Position numbers and translations under genes: made by a program
Notes under the pieces: generated by a model
Told to the model about the DNA's origin: nothing
The model's database searches: none
What the model saw: only the letters and a program-made list of their open reading frames with translations
Assembly: GCA_951406725.2 (NCBI GenBank)
Contig: CATOCA020000001.1
Span: 9,114,001-9,178,000, forward strand
DNA from: Octopus vulgaris
Lineage: Eukaryota
DNA length: 64,000 nt
Direction of reading: 5' to 3'
Shown: piece after piece, positions 12,733 through 24,234 of the stretch
How the letters are laid out: each line of letters begins with the position of its first letter
Numbering within the stretch: the first letter of the stretch is position 1

Positions 12733-13120
12733 TTTTACTCTTTTATTTGTTTCAGTCATTTGACTGTGGCCATGCTGGAGCACCGCCTTTAGTCGAGCAA
12801 ATCGACCCCGGGACTTATTCTTTTTAAGCCTAGTACTTACTCTTTCGGTCTCTTTTGCTGAACTGCTAAGTGACGGGGACGTAAACACATCAGCATCGGT
12901 TGTCAAGCGATGTTGGGGGTACAAACACAGACACACACACATATATATATACATATATACGACAGGCTTCTTTCAGTTTCTGTCTACCAAATCCACTCAC
13001 AAGGCATTGGTCGGCCCGGGGCTATAGCAGAAGACACTTGCCCAAGGTGCCACGCAGTGGGACTGAACCCGGAACCATGTGGTTGGTTAGCAAGCTACTT
13101 ACCACACAGTCACTCCTGCA
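12733..13120 (-). mobile_element. tRNA-derived SINE (octopus-type)
   Basis: Minus strand begins gcaggagtgactgtgtggtaag (A-box-like) ... ggttcagtccc (B-box-like), then ccttgggcaagtg; degraded copy at 16340-16695. Confidence 0.85.
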
Positions 13121-13214
13121 TCTAAATATATATATATATATATATACCAGAGTAAACACATAAATGTGAAACAAGGTGGAAAAAAGAGTACTCAAATACC
13201 AGGGGTAGAGTAAT

Positions 13215-13340
13215 ATGCTTTATTTAAAAGCAGCAGAAAATTCAACAAAACCTGTTATTCTAGCAAAAAATGTTCGACGAACGGGAACATGAAACTCAGA
13301 GTAACAGGTTTTGTTGAATTTTCTGCTGCTTTTAAATAAA

Positions 13341-13345
<5 letters not shown>
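13215..13345. repeat. Short fold-back (pLTR-like) containing a hammerhead-like motif at 13271-13306
   Basis: ctttatttaaaagcagcagaaaattcaacaaaacctgtta / taacaggttttgttgaattttctgctgcttttaaataaag; between TA runs. Confidence 0.8.
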
Positions 13346-13389
<44 letters not shown>

Positions 13390-13390
<1 letters not shown>

Positions 13391-14488
13391 CTTTTGACAT
13401 GTTTACAGTGAAAAGCAACTTCACATGTGCTTCGGAGAACCTAATATACTCACTAACCTGCTCCAGGTGTCAAGAGCAGTACATAGGCCAAACAAAAAAT
13501 AGTTTGCGTAAACGAATGGCCCTGCACAGATCCCAGATAAAAATTCCCCAAAACAGAAAAATAGCTTTTAGCCAACACATAGATACTTGCGCCAACAAAA
13601 AAACACCAAGCTTCAGGATTTTCCCCCTCTACCAATTTAGGGACGATACAACCTCGAGACAACGAATAAGTAAAGAAACTCTCTTTATTGCAAAATACAG
13701 GCCACTTCTTAACGGGTCTACGACAAACAATTAATATACCTCAACTTTAGAATAAAAGAAATATTCACACACAAATATTACATTCCAAAGAATCCATTAC
13801 TAATCACAGTTAAAATCACAGCTATAATCCATAACATGCCAACTTCAAGTCATACAACACCTCACTACTTTAACCCATTCATATTTTCCCTTCTCTGTTT
13901 TTTCCTTCTTCTTCCTCTTCTTCTTCATCATCATCATTATCATCATCATCGTCGTCATAACCATCACCACCATCACCATCATCGTCATCTTCTCCTTCTC
14001 CTTCTTCTTCTTCTTCATCATCATCATCATCAACATCGTCATCTTCTTCTTCTTCTACTTCTCCACCTTCTACCCCTTAACTTTGTCACTAACGTTTCTT
14101 AGTATAACACCTACGCAAATTCTATAAACAAGCCTTTCAATAGAAATATTCTCCTGAATTGAACTGCGACTGCCAGCCGCCACTGACCATCAGGGCACTC
14201 CCAGATTCTCCCACCCCCTTTCCTCATCAGCCTTCTTCCCCTACTACCCTACCAAGAACTCACAACTACCTCCAACACACAAGTACAAACAAGGAAGTCA
14301 GAGAAAGGCAGAATGCTACTTATATCTGAACACTACTATAGAAATATTCCTTTAAAAAAACTTTTCTTCTAATTTTTCTAAAGTTAATTATTTAATCGTT
14401 ACAGTTGAAAAGGTCTCAAAATGACCGAAACCGGTACTGAAATGTTCACTATAAAATTATTTTAGCATTTTCTATTTTTGACTTGTTT

Positions 14489-14495
<7 letters not shown>
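13390..14495 (+). mobile_element. Penelope-like element 3' fragment (GIY-YIG endonuclease ORF 13399-13734, 3'UTR)
   Basis: FTCASENLIYSLTCSRCQEQYIGQT..LRKRMALHR...KETLFIAKYRPLLN; inserted in (TA)n; degenerate hammerhead at 14402-14439. Confidence 0.9.
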
Positions 14496-14528
<33 letters not shown>

Positions 14529-14552
14529 AATGTATATTTTATATATATATTT

Positions 14553-15030
14553 ATCATCATCATCATTGTTTAACGTCCATTTTCCATGCTAGCATGGATT
14601 GGACGGTTCGACCGGGGTCTGGGAAGCCAGAAGGCTGCACCAGGCTCCTGTCTGATCTGGCAGTGTTTCTACAGCTGGATGCCCTTCCTAACACCAACCA
14701 CTCCGTGAGTGTAGTGGGTGCTTTTTACGTGCCACCGGCACAGGTGCCAGGCAAGGCTGGCAATGGCCACGATCAGTTGGTGCTTTTCACGTTCCACTGG
14801 CATGGAAGCCAGTCAAGGCAGCGCTGGATTCAGACACGTTCGGATGGTGCTTTTTACGTGCCACCGGCAGAGGGATCACAACTACAATTTCCATTGATTT
14901 TTGATGTTGATGTACTTCACTCAATAGGTCTCCTGAAACACAAGGTTGAAACGGTGTTTCTTTACTTGCCACCTGCACAGGAGTCAGTCCAGCAGCACTG
15001 GCAACTGCCAGGTGCCAGTCATAGGATTGG
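14553..15030 (-). mobile_element. RTE LINE 3'UTR fragment with ~60-bp internal repeats
   Basis: (CAT)n followed by tttaacgtccattttccatgctagcatgg..., same terminus as 8395, 19204, 29194, 39740, 49683, 55600 and 56700. Confidence 0.85.
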
Positions 15031-15185
15031 TTCAATTTCGAAACAATTAACACAGAAAAAAATAGACAAATAGTTACCGGGGTAGCAAGAAATCATACAA
15101 GTAAAAAGGTTGCAACTCCTTATTTTTAGAGGTAGAAACACCAGGTTTATGTGAAATATTTTGTATAATATATATAAATAAATAA

Positions 15186-15535
15186 ATGGAGTTAAACGCA
15201 GGTGTTATGCAAATTCTTTTACTTCCAACACATGTTTCGAAGATATCACTGGTATTATTCCAAAGGAAAAAAATGGTGTAAAACAACGTAATCTTCTCTT
15301 CAGGGAAATGAAGAAATGAAACTCGTCATTAAGATGTTTTAACAGAAAATGATGGATATGTATAGTGATTGACTGAACGCTATTAAGTTTGTTTTTAAAA
15401 AAACGTTAGAGGATACAGCGTCAAAGGTAGCCTATAGAAAGAGGAGGGGTAATTCCTTTGGAATAATACCAGTGATATCTTTGAAACATGTCGGAAGTAA
15501 AAGAATTTGAATAACACCTGCGTTTAACTCCATTC
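15186..15535. repeat. Fold-back inverted repeat (~85 bp arms), pLTR-like
   Basis: atggagttaaacgcaggtgttat...ttattccaaaggaa vs ttcctttggaataat...ataacacctgcgtttaactccat; right arm carries GAAAC-AT-GTC. Confidence 0.85.
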
Positions 15536-15574
<39 letters not shown>

Positions 15575-16339
15575 CAAACACATGTATTTTAAAACAAAAA
15601 ATACTTAAATCCAGGCGAAGTCCATGTACTGAATATGTTCTTCATCCTCTCATTTACATATTGTATAAAAGAAAAGTATTGTCTAATAAATCTATTTGGT
15701 ATGAACAAGAGTAAACAAAGAGTAATTTTGGTTAATATGCCATTTCAAAATTAGACTTCTGAAAGAGGCTTCCTCAGTAAAGTGGCACCCAAAATTTTAT
15801 TCTATGAGCAAAATGCTAATGATTATGTAAAAGTAGAACTTATTGAGAGGCTGATTGTACAAAGTGTACTTCTCTGGGATATAATCTCAAAATGTACTAA
15901 CACTAAATTTAATTGTCAATATTTAGTACAGTGTGTACTATTTCTATCACTTCAATATTTAATTGTGATATTAACATTAAGGGAAGCTATTCACAAATAT
16001 GTTTAGAGCAACAAGGGTTTTTCTAAGATAAATTTCTTGCTAGAGTTATAAATAAACAGGAGTGATTTTGGATACTGGAGGAGAACAGTTAATCACATTT
16101 ACTATTGCAAATTTATTCCCATTCATTGTGTCTCATGCCTTGGCAAATATCTACTGAATTCATTATTACTTAATTATTTGGATTTTTTTGTACAAATAAA
16201 GCCAACAAAGTAAATTTTTATGAACTGCATTATTAAGGGTAAGGATTGATAAAAAGGTAAAATATCAGAGTTAAATAGGAATATCTGTAAGAAGTTTATC
16301 GTATATGCAATGGAATTTTAATATTTTGAAAGGTTTTTA

Positions 16340-16695
16340 GGTGTGGCTGTGAGGTAAGAAGTTTAATTTCCAAACAAATGGGTCTGGGTTTCGTCACATG
16401 ATGAGGCACATTGGGCGAGTGTATTCTGCTATAATCCTGGGCGGACCAAAATCTTGTGAATGGATTTGGTATATATATAAGGGAGTGTGTGTGCCTTTGC
16501 GTTTGATCCCCATCACCACTTGACACTTGTGTTGGTTTGTTCACATCCACAGAACTTAGCAGTTTAGCAAAAGAAACCAATAGAATAAGTAAAAGGCTTA
16601 AAAATAATAAGTACTCGGGTGGATTTGTTGGACTGAACCCTTGAAAGTGGTGCCTTAGCATGGCTGCAGTCCAATGACTGGAACAAATGGAAGAC
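16340..16695 (+). mobile_element. Degenerate tRNA-derived SINE inserted in the third duplication unit
   Basis: Homologous to 12733-13120 in opposite orientation; absent from the paralogous blocks at ~2040 and ~11380. Confidence 0.75.
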
Positions 16696-16799
16696 ATGCA
16701 TTAAGCTGCCTATACTACTCAAAGAAAGAGTGAACCAAAATGTTGCTAACTCTTGCTCTAATGAATGAAATTTTATTATTCGATTGCTTATATACTTAC

Positions 16800-16841
16800 C
16801 ATCAGGTTTCCTTGAAACATTAACGTAAGAAATCTTCATGT
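16800..16841 (-). CDS. IgSF receptor cytoplasmic micro-exon (42 nt, phase 1-1), DMKISYVNVSRKPD
   Basis: ttttaaag|AC ATG AAG ATT TCT TAC GTT AAT GTT TCA AGG AAA CCT GAT G|gtaagt. Confidence 0.7.
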
Positions 16842-17061
16842 CTTTAAAAAATTAGAAATAAAAACAATAAATAGCGTTATGTTAGTATTGTGTTGATACT
16901 ACAATCATAAATGCTAATGAGACAGACTCAAACACACTCATACACACATATTAAAAGATAAAAGTTAGAGAATGATACATTTCATGACTGTTAGCTTTCT
17001 GTTAATGTTTAAGATAATTTCTAAGATCATGCTGTGTACTAACAATATTGTTTATACTTAC

Positions 17062-17121
17062 CTGCTGGTTTCAATTCTAAATAACTGGGCCCACTAGCTT
17101 CAGCATATTGCTCTTCATTAG
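17062..17121 (-). CDS. IgSF receptor cytoplasmic micro-exon (60 nt, phase 1-1), TNEEQYAEASGPSYLELKPA
   Basis: aatttttgaag|CT AAT GAA GAG CAA TAT ... TAT TTA GAA TTG AAA CCA GCA G|gtaagt. Confidence 0.7.
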
Positions 17122-18495
17122 CTTCAAAAATTATAGAAAGATGTGCACATTTATTGTTTGGAGAGGATAGTTTTAATATTTTGATATTGTACAAAAAGTA
17201 ACTAAAAAAAATAAAATACTAGTGAGATCTGTGGAAATTCCACAGAACGAAAGAGATTAAGCAAAGCTATTTAAGAAAGAAAGGATGATTGTTATTTGTA
17301 TTTTGCTAAGTGATTTCACTTCCAGTTGCAAAATAGTATATGATTTTGAAATTTCCTTCTGCTAAGCACCTTATATTTCTCTCTTTCTCTCTACCTCTTC
17401 AACAAACATTTTAACCATGTAATTCCCCTCTTCATGTCTTTAACATTTCCCTCTTTCTCTTTCCACCCTACAGCATGTCATTAACACTTCTCTCTCTCCC
17501 ACTTTCCTCTCATTGTAGTTGTGTCTTGCTCTTTGCCTCCCCCCTCAACTAACTACGTGATGCATTTGACCTTAGTGTATTATTATACTCCTCTCTTCTT
17601 CTTGCTTCTCTACCCACATTTCTCCCTCTTTCTCTCACTTTTACTCAACCTCTCACTCATTCCACTTCCACCTCTCTAACAAACTAAAGTATAACAGGTG
17701 AAGAAAGAAGCAAATTATTATATAGATAGTGTATATTTTATATGCAACAATGTTTTCACACATGCTACCCCAAGAAACCGAACTAAATCAGCTCTTCTAA
17801 ACTGCATCTTTCTCTTCTTCACATTTCCCCTTCCTGCCATTAAAAACATCTCCAAAGTATGGTTCACCTCCTATTGACATTTGTCCTCTATCCTTACCAT
17901 CAATGAGCTAACCTCCACTGTTGTTATTGATTTTCCCTTTTTCCACTACTCGCCACATCTTACATCTGCTGCCACTTCCAACAGACATCCATTTCATGTT
18001 CATACCACAAATGATCCTCCACCCTTCAAATCGGTATCCCTTTCTTAATTTCCCCACTAATCACAACTGCCAGCCCCACAACTCATGACCCTATAATGAG
18101 CCCTCTATCATTCTCCTGTCGAAAGTGCTATTCTGCTGCTGTAAGAGACAAAAACAGAATACACCATACATTTATACCATACATATTGCCATCTCTGTAC
18201 TGTGAGTTGCCACTTCCTTTCCTTTGTACTATTTCCAGTCAGCATCTATCCCTTATTCTTACTGTGTCCCTTCTATACGTAAATCCTTTCCCTGTTCATG
18301 ATTTATTACAACTCCTATGTTCATTTGACCTGTTTTATTCCATGGTTTGTATTCACCTCCTTTTCTCCCAAACTCTTACAACCTTACACACCAGCATCCC
18401 TGATTCTGAAGTATCATCACTATAAATACAGAATGGAAGAAGATATGAGAGTGGAGGTCAAGTAGACAGCACGAACGTATGTGTGTATATATATA

Positions 18496-18529
<34 letters not shown>

Positions 18530-18625
18530 CGTGTGTATGTATGCTTCTCTGGAGGCTGTCAAAATGATGTAGATGCCTCCAATGAGTAACAGATTTTGTT
18601 GAATTTTCTGCTGCTTTAAATAAAG

Positions 18626-18664
<39 letters not shown>

Positions 18665-18679
18665 ACATATATATATATA

Positions 18680-19125
18680 AGATGTGTTTCAAAGCACAGT
18701 AAGTTCATATTTATGTGAATTTTTGTGAAGAAGATGATTCAATCACTTTTCATTGAACTGAATTGGTTGACTGCTGTGTAATTCATCCTTGAGGTCAAAA
18801 TTCCCATTTTTGAAGCTCAAAAACCAATGGTGGGTAGTAGTTTTAGAAATTGCTCCTTCTCAATACACAGGACAAATCTCAAAAGCAGCTTTGGCAGGAT
18901 TAACAAATTGATTAAATGAAAAAGCAAATGGTGTCGAAAATGCTAAGTTTTTTCCTCTTGAAAGTGCATTTTAATGATCTGAAAATGCACAAAAATCAAA
19001 ATACATTATCTTATTGAGCAGAAATTTCTCTCAAATAACATAAAACGTTTTGCCAATGTATTTTATTTCCGTGCACATTGTTAAATGTGAAGAAAAGGCC
19101 TATGAATTATTCCTCAGCCCAATGC
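18680..19125 (-). mobile_element. Mariner N-terminal relic
   Basis: Minus strand HFRHHLLFHL...FKNGNFDLKDE, similar to the N-terminus of the mariner at 50503. Confidence 0.55.
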
Positions 19126-19203
19126 GATAAGGGCTGGCCAAAATCACCGGACAGCAAATCAAAACCATTTAATTCCAAGATTTACTTATGTTTAACAACT
19201 GAA

Positions 19204-19745
19204 TCATCATCATCATCATCATGCTAGCATGGGTTGGACGGGTCAACTGGGGTCTGTGAAGCTGGAAGGCTTCGTCAGGCCCAGTCAGATCTGGCAGTGT
19301 TTCTACGGCTGGATGCCCTTCCTAACACCAACCACTCTGCGAGTGTAGTGGGTGTTTTTTACGTGCCACCTGCACAGGTGCCAGACAGAGCTGGCGAACG
19401 GCCACGAACGGATGGTGCTTTTACGTGTCACCGGCACGGGGCCAGGCGATGCTGGCAACGGACACGAACGGATGGTGCTTTTACGTGTCACCGGCACGGG
19501 GCCAGGCGATGCTGGCAAACGGCCACGAGCGGATGGTGCTTTTACGTGCCACCAACACGGGGGCCAGACAGAGCTGGCGAACGGCCACGAACGGATGGTG
19601 CTTTTACGTGTCACCGGCACGGGGCCAGGCGATGCTGGCAACGGACACGAACGGATGGTGCTTTTACGTGCCACCGACACGGGGCCAGACAGAGCTGGCA
19701 ACCGGCCACGAACGGACGGTGCTTTTACGTGTCACCGGCACGGGG
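19204..19745 (-). mobile_element. RTE 3'UTR fragment with a tandem array of about 6 units of 60-62 bp
   Basis: (CAT)n terminus, then units ...ggccacgaacggatggtgcttttacgtg(t/c)cacc... Confidence 0.85.
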
Positions 19746-20056
19746 TTTAATAAAAGCAACTAAATGTAAAACATCATGGAAATTGTTCATACTGAAGTCC
19801 TTCTTGAGTGACACATTTTTCCATTTGAGTCAATACAGAATTACAGCAGAGAGTATTTATGGAAATTTGAATTGCTGTTGGGTAACTTTTCATCAAACTG
19901 TATATATGGTGGTGGTACTCTGTCAGTTACGACAACGAAGGTTCCATTTGATCTGATTAATGGAACCGCTGGCTCATGAAATTAACGTGCAAGTGGCTGA
20001 GCACTCCACAGATGTGACTGCAAGTATGCTGCCCTAACAACTGGGCTATTGTGCCT

Positions 20057-20104
<48 letters not shown>

Positions 20105-20245
20105 TACACACATACACATAAAGTAAGTACAGATTGAGCAATGGGTTGATGAAATTGATTTCTCCCTCCTAAAAATTTGCTGGCCTTGTGCCAAACATTG
20201 AAACCAATGCAAAATTATTTGTCATTTGGTGTTAATTATACTTAC

Positions 20246-20287
20246 TGAGAGCTTCATCTGGAATAGTCGCATAATTATCTTCAGTAC
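20246..20287 (-). CDS. IgSF receptor cytoplasmic micro-exon (42 nt, phase 1-1), TEDNYATIPDEAL
   Basis: catcttttcttaaag|GT ACT GAA GAT AAT TAT GCG ACT ATT CCA GAT GAA GCT CTC A|gtaagt. Confidence 0.7.
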
Positions 20288-20351
20288 CTTTAAGAAAAGA
20301 TGCAAAACTTATTATTTCAGTGTGTAGTGCATGGTACTAAAATTAACTGCA

Positions 20352-20960
<609 letters not shown>

Positions 20961-21059
20961 TTGATAAAACGGTAAGATAACAAAAGAAAGAAAGAGACCT
21001 CAATATTATGTAAATAGAGGAAATTTATCTATACAATATGTTACATTACTCGGTAGTCA

Positions 21060-21122
21060 AGATAAAACTCTGAGTTTCAGATGCCGAAGTGGAAATCCAC
21101 AACACCATCTCTTCGGTTATCT
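21060..21122 (-). ncRNA. Minimal type-I hammerhead ribozyme, variant core (element-sense copy)
   Basis: AGAUAA-CCGAAGA-GAUG..CAUCU-GAAA-CUCAGAG-U-U-UUAUCU; stem I AGAUAA/UUAUCU, near-palindromic stem III ACUCAGAGU. Confidence 0.65.
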
Positions 21123-21316
21123 GGCTATTTGAAAACGTTATGAAAAAATACCGTTAAAAATGAAGGGAAATTACTCTGTTATAACTCTGCTTTGCCTGCG
21201 TACTTATACATCGCTCGCATTTTTCGTCATAAAAATTATATAAAAATACATAAAAATATATAAAAATATATAAAAATATATAAAATCTTCTTGGGACATA
21301 ACACAGAAAGCATGTT

Positions 21317-22680
21317 CTATCCGTTTTCTTTAGGGGACCAAAAACGTAACAGAAATTTAGTCACATGTGGGCATGATCCGAAAAGCTCTGTCCTTGTATT
21401 TAGACATGTGGTAGGGTCTAAGCTGCTTTTCCAGATAAGCCATCTCTCCATGTCGCATAAACCGCACCTTCCGCTGCCGTTAGTATAGGGCTTACATCTG
21501 GCCAAAATCTTCCATTGTATGTTATAATCGACACCTTTATCTTTTAAAGACCAAATATGATTGGATAATTGTGTCGCTTTTCTTTTGTTCCAGAGCCTAA
21601 AGCTCAAAGTGTGGTTATTGAACCTGGCCTTGAAATTACCCTCTGTCAGGCCCACGTATTTCTTCGTCGAAACGGTGTCTTTAGTGGTTATAGAGTTTAC
21701 GGTAGCTTCATATATGATGGTCTTGGACATGCAAGCTCCATTTAGCGGGCACAATTCTTTATTCCTGCATGAACAACTGTTTTCTTCTTGTGTTTTTTGT
21801 ATGTTATGATTGATTATGTTTTTAAAATTGGTAGTTGAACTAAAACTAATTTTTAAATTGTGTCTATTGAAGAGTTTCCTATAAGCATGGTTAACTGGAA
21901 AATGTCTATCTATCAGTGCTAGGAAATATTTACCTATATTGAAGGCCATCTCGGGTGAGTAAGGGGGCGTAAACCAGATGACCTTCCTATTTCTATCATT
22001 CCTTTTCCTTATTGTTGGGCTGGTGATAGGTGTATATTTTATTTTTTCGCTAAAACCACTATCTTTTAAAGCTTTATTATAAACTGGGGCAACGCTATTG
22101 AAGATGTCCTCATTAGATGAGAGGCTAGAAATCCTCTTACTAATATTTTTAACTAAATTTTTGAATACTATAGGGGGATGGCATGAACCTACATTAATAT
22201 AACTTAGTCTATCATTGGGCTTCCTATAAGGCTTATAAATATTATTATTAAGATCTAAGGAAACGTCTAAGAAATTGACAACCGTCAGGTTAGTGTCTAT
22301 AGTTATACTAAGTCCGAAGTGTTTCATTAACTGGATAATATCCTTCCTAAAACGATCTTGTGCTGGTCCATTTGTATTAGCTGTTAAGGCGAGGGCATCA
22401 TCTTTGTAGATGGCGAAATGTACGTTAGGGAATGTCTTACTGAAGGTATCTAGGAGAAAGAGTCCAATTAGATCACAGATGCCTGCCCCATCATATGAAC
22501 CCATGCTCACATCGAAAGCGCCCTCCGTGTCGGTGTTTTTTACCCACTTTGCATTCTCACTGAAAAGTAATGTCTTTCTAGCATGGAAGATTATATCCTT
22601 ATCATTGGTACTAATTTCTATGAAGTCACTAGCGAAGATTAGGGCTTTATCTAGCAGTTCTTTAGAGATAGAGGCATAAA
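21317..22680 (-). CDS. Penelope-like reverse transcriptase (C-terminal part) plus GIY-YIG endonuclease, 5'-truncated
   Basis: MGSYDGA, IYKDDAL, NFLDVSL, PYRKPN, IWFTPPYS, CSC..CPLNGAC, IIYEA..YVGLTE..FKARFNNH, CGLCDME; frame extends upstream toward the inversion junction (FYASISKELL). Confidence 0.9.
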
Positions 22681-22994
22681 AATCAATTTTGATTTTTAGA
22701 CCCTACCACATGTCTAAATACAAGGACAGAGCTTTTCGGATCATGCCCACATGTGACTAAATTTCTGTTACGTTTTTGGTCCCCTAAAGAAAACGGATAG
22801 AACATGCTTTCTGTGTTATGTCCCAAGAAGATTTTATATATTTTTATATATTTTTATATATTTTTATGTATTTTTATATAATTTTTATGACGAAAAATGC
22901 GAGCGATGTATAAGTACGCAGGCAAAGCAGAGTTATAACAGAGTAATTTCCCTTCATTTTTAACGGTATTTTTTCATAACGTTTTCAAATAGCC

Positions 22995-23057
22995 AGATAA
23001 CCGAAGAGATGGTGTTGTGGATTTCCACTTCGGCATCTGAAACTCAGAGTTTTATCT
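22995..23057 (+). ncRNA. Minimal type-I hammerhead ribozyme, variant core (inverted pLTR copy)
   Basis: Reverse-complement copy of 21060-21122. Confidence 0.65.
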
Positions 23058-23088
23058 TGACTACCGAGTAATGTAACATATTGTATAG

Positions 23089-23163
<75 letters not shown>

Positions 23164-23174
23164 TATATATAAAA

Positions 23175-23211
<37 letters not shown>

Positions 23212-23212
23212 T

Positions 23213-23540
23213 TCTATATATATATAAAACTGAGAATGTGTCTGTCTGTGTGTTCCCCTAAAACTTGAGAACTACACAACCAATTTCATTCAAATTTCAC
23301 ACATGCCTTACTTAGGGTCCATGTACTTTCATGATCAAAAAAACGTTCGACTTCTTGTTTAAGGCGAGCCCATAGCAATATCATATCTTCTCCACTATTT
23401 CAGTATTACGTGTTAAAAGTGAAACAAAAACTGACAATATTTTCACCATTTATACGGAAGCATTTTTGTTAGAATGCCTTCGATAGAAGAAAGTCCAAAA
23501 TTGAATTTCGCTGCAGCCGTCAGCGGGTGCAAACTCTGGA
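23213..23540 (+). mobile_element. Non-autonomous Helitron-like element
   Basis: 5' TCTATATATATATAAAA followed by (GTCT)n, and a GC-rich short hairpin near the 3' end; canonical CTAG end not clean. Confidence 0.4.
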
Positions 23541-23819
23541 TCTGTAGTATGTCTGTTTGGGTGTGTACTCATTATTGTGACGTTTCACATATCTTTCACA
23601 TAATTCATGTGATACTTATGGTGTTATGGGTTCATAAGTTTGTATATAACTTGTAATGTCATGGATATGTGTGAGACCCATATATATCTGTGAGAGGAGC
23701 GCAGCATAAGTTTATGAGGTCATGTGTTTTTTTATGCATGAAGTTCATATAATGCGTATAACTGATGTTTGGAATGAAAATTTATCCAGGTTGCACGGGA
23801 GACAGAGTAGGTGGGGATA

Positions 23820-24234
23820 TTTGCTTGAAATTTCAGAGTGTGAAATGCTGCTTATGCATGCAAGGGGAGAAGGTGTCATCCCTAATATTTGAAATATTCA
23901 CTTTTGGTGTGATAATGTATAATGTTTCAGTGATGTAAAGCTTGCATTTCCTGCCTCGTCCTCTGTTCTTGTTGGCCTCAGCAATAATACTCCAGGTTAT
24001 CTGGATGTTGCTCACACCTCTCTTTTTCAGTCTCTATTCTATATTGGCTAGGATTATTGTGTGTTTTTTTGTTTTTGGCTCTGAACAAAGCCAGGTGCAA
24101 TGTATATCTTTATTTGAAGGAGTTCCCTATCATTCCAATATATGTATTTGTTACTGTTCAAACCCATGTTATTGGTCTTATATACCAGTTCTTTTTCTGG
24201 GCACCCATTGTTCAGGAACAGCTATCTGAAGATC
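23820..24234 (-). mobile_element. Degenerate Penelope GIY-YIG fragment, truncated by Tc1
   Basis: ITWSIIAEA...CKLYITETLYI...NIRDDTFSPCMHKQHFTL aligns with the C-terminus of ORF 21317. Confidence 0.75.

Noticed and set aside
17062-17121. ITAM call for YAEA...YLEL
   Set aside because: The first motif lacks I/L at +3 and the spacer is 4 residues rather than 6-8; reported only as tyrosine motifs.
19360-19745. CRISPR-like regular repeats (also 29365-29600 and 39890-40310) and the overlapping 110-240 aa ORFs
   Set aside because: Units are contiguous tandem repeats without unique spacers, lie in an RTE 3'UTR, and there are no cas genes; the ORFs are by-products of GC-rich repeats.
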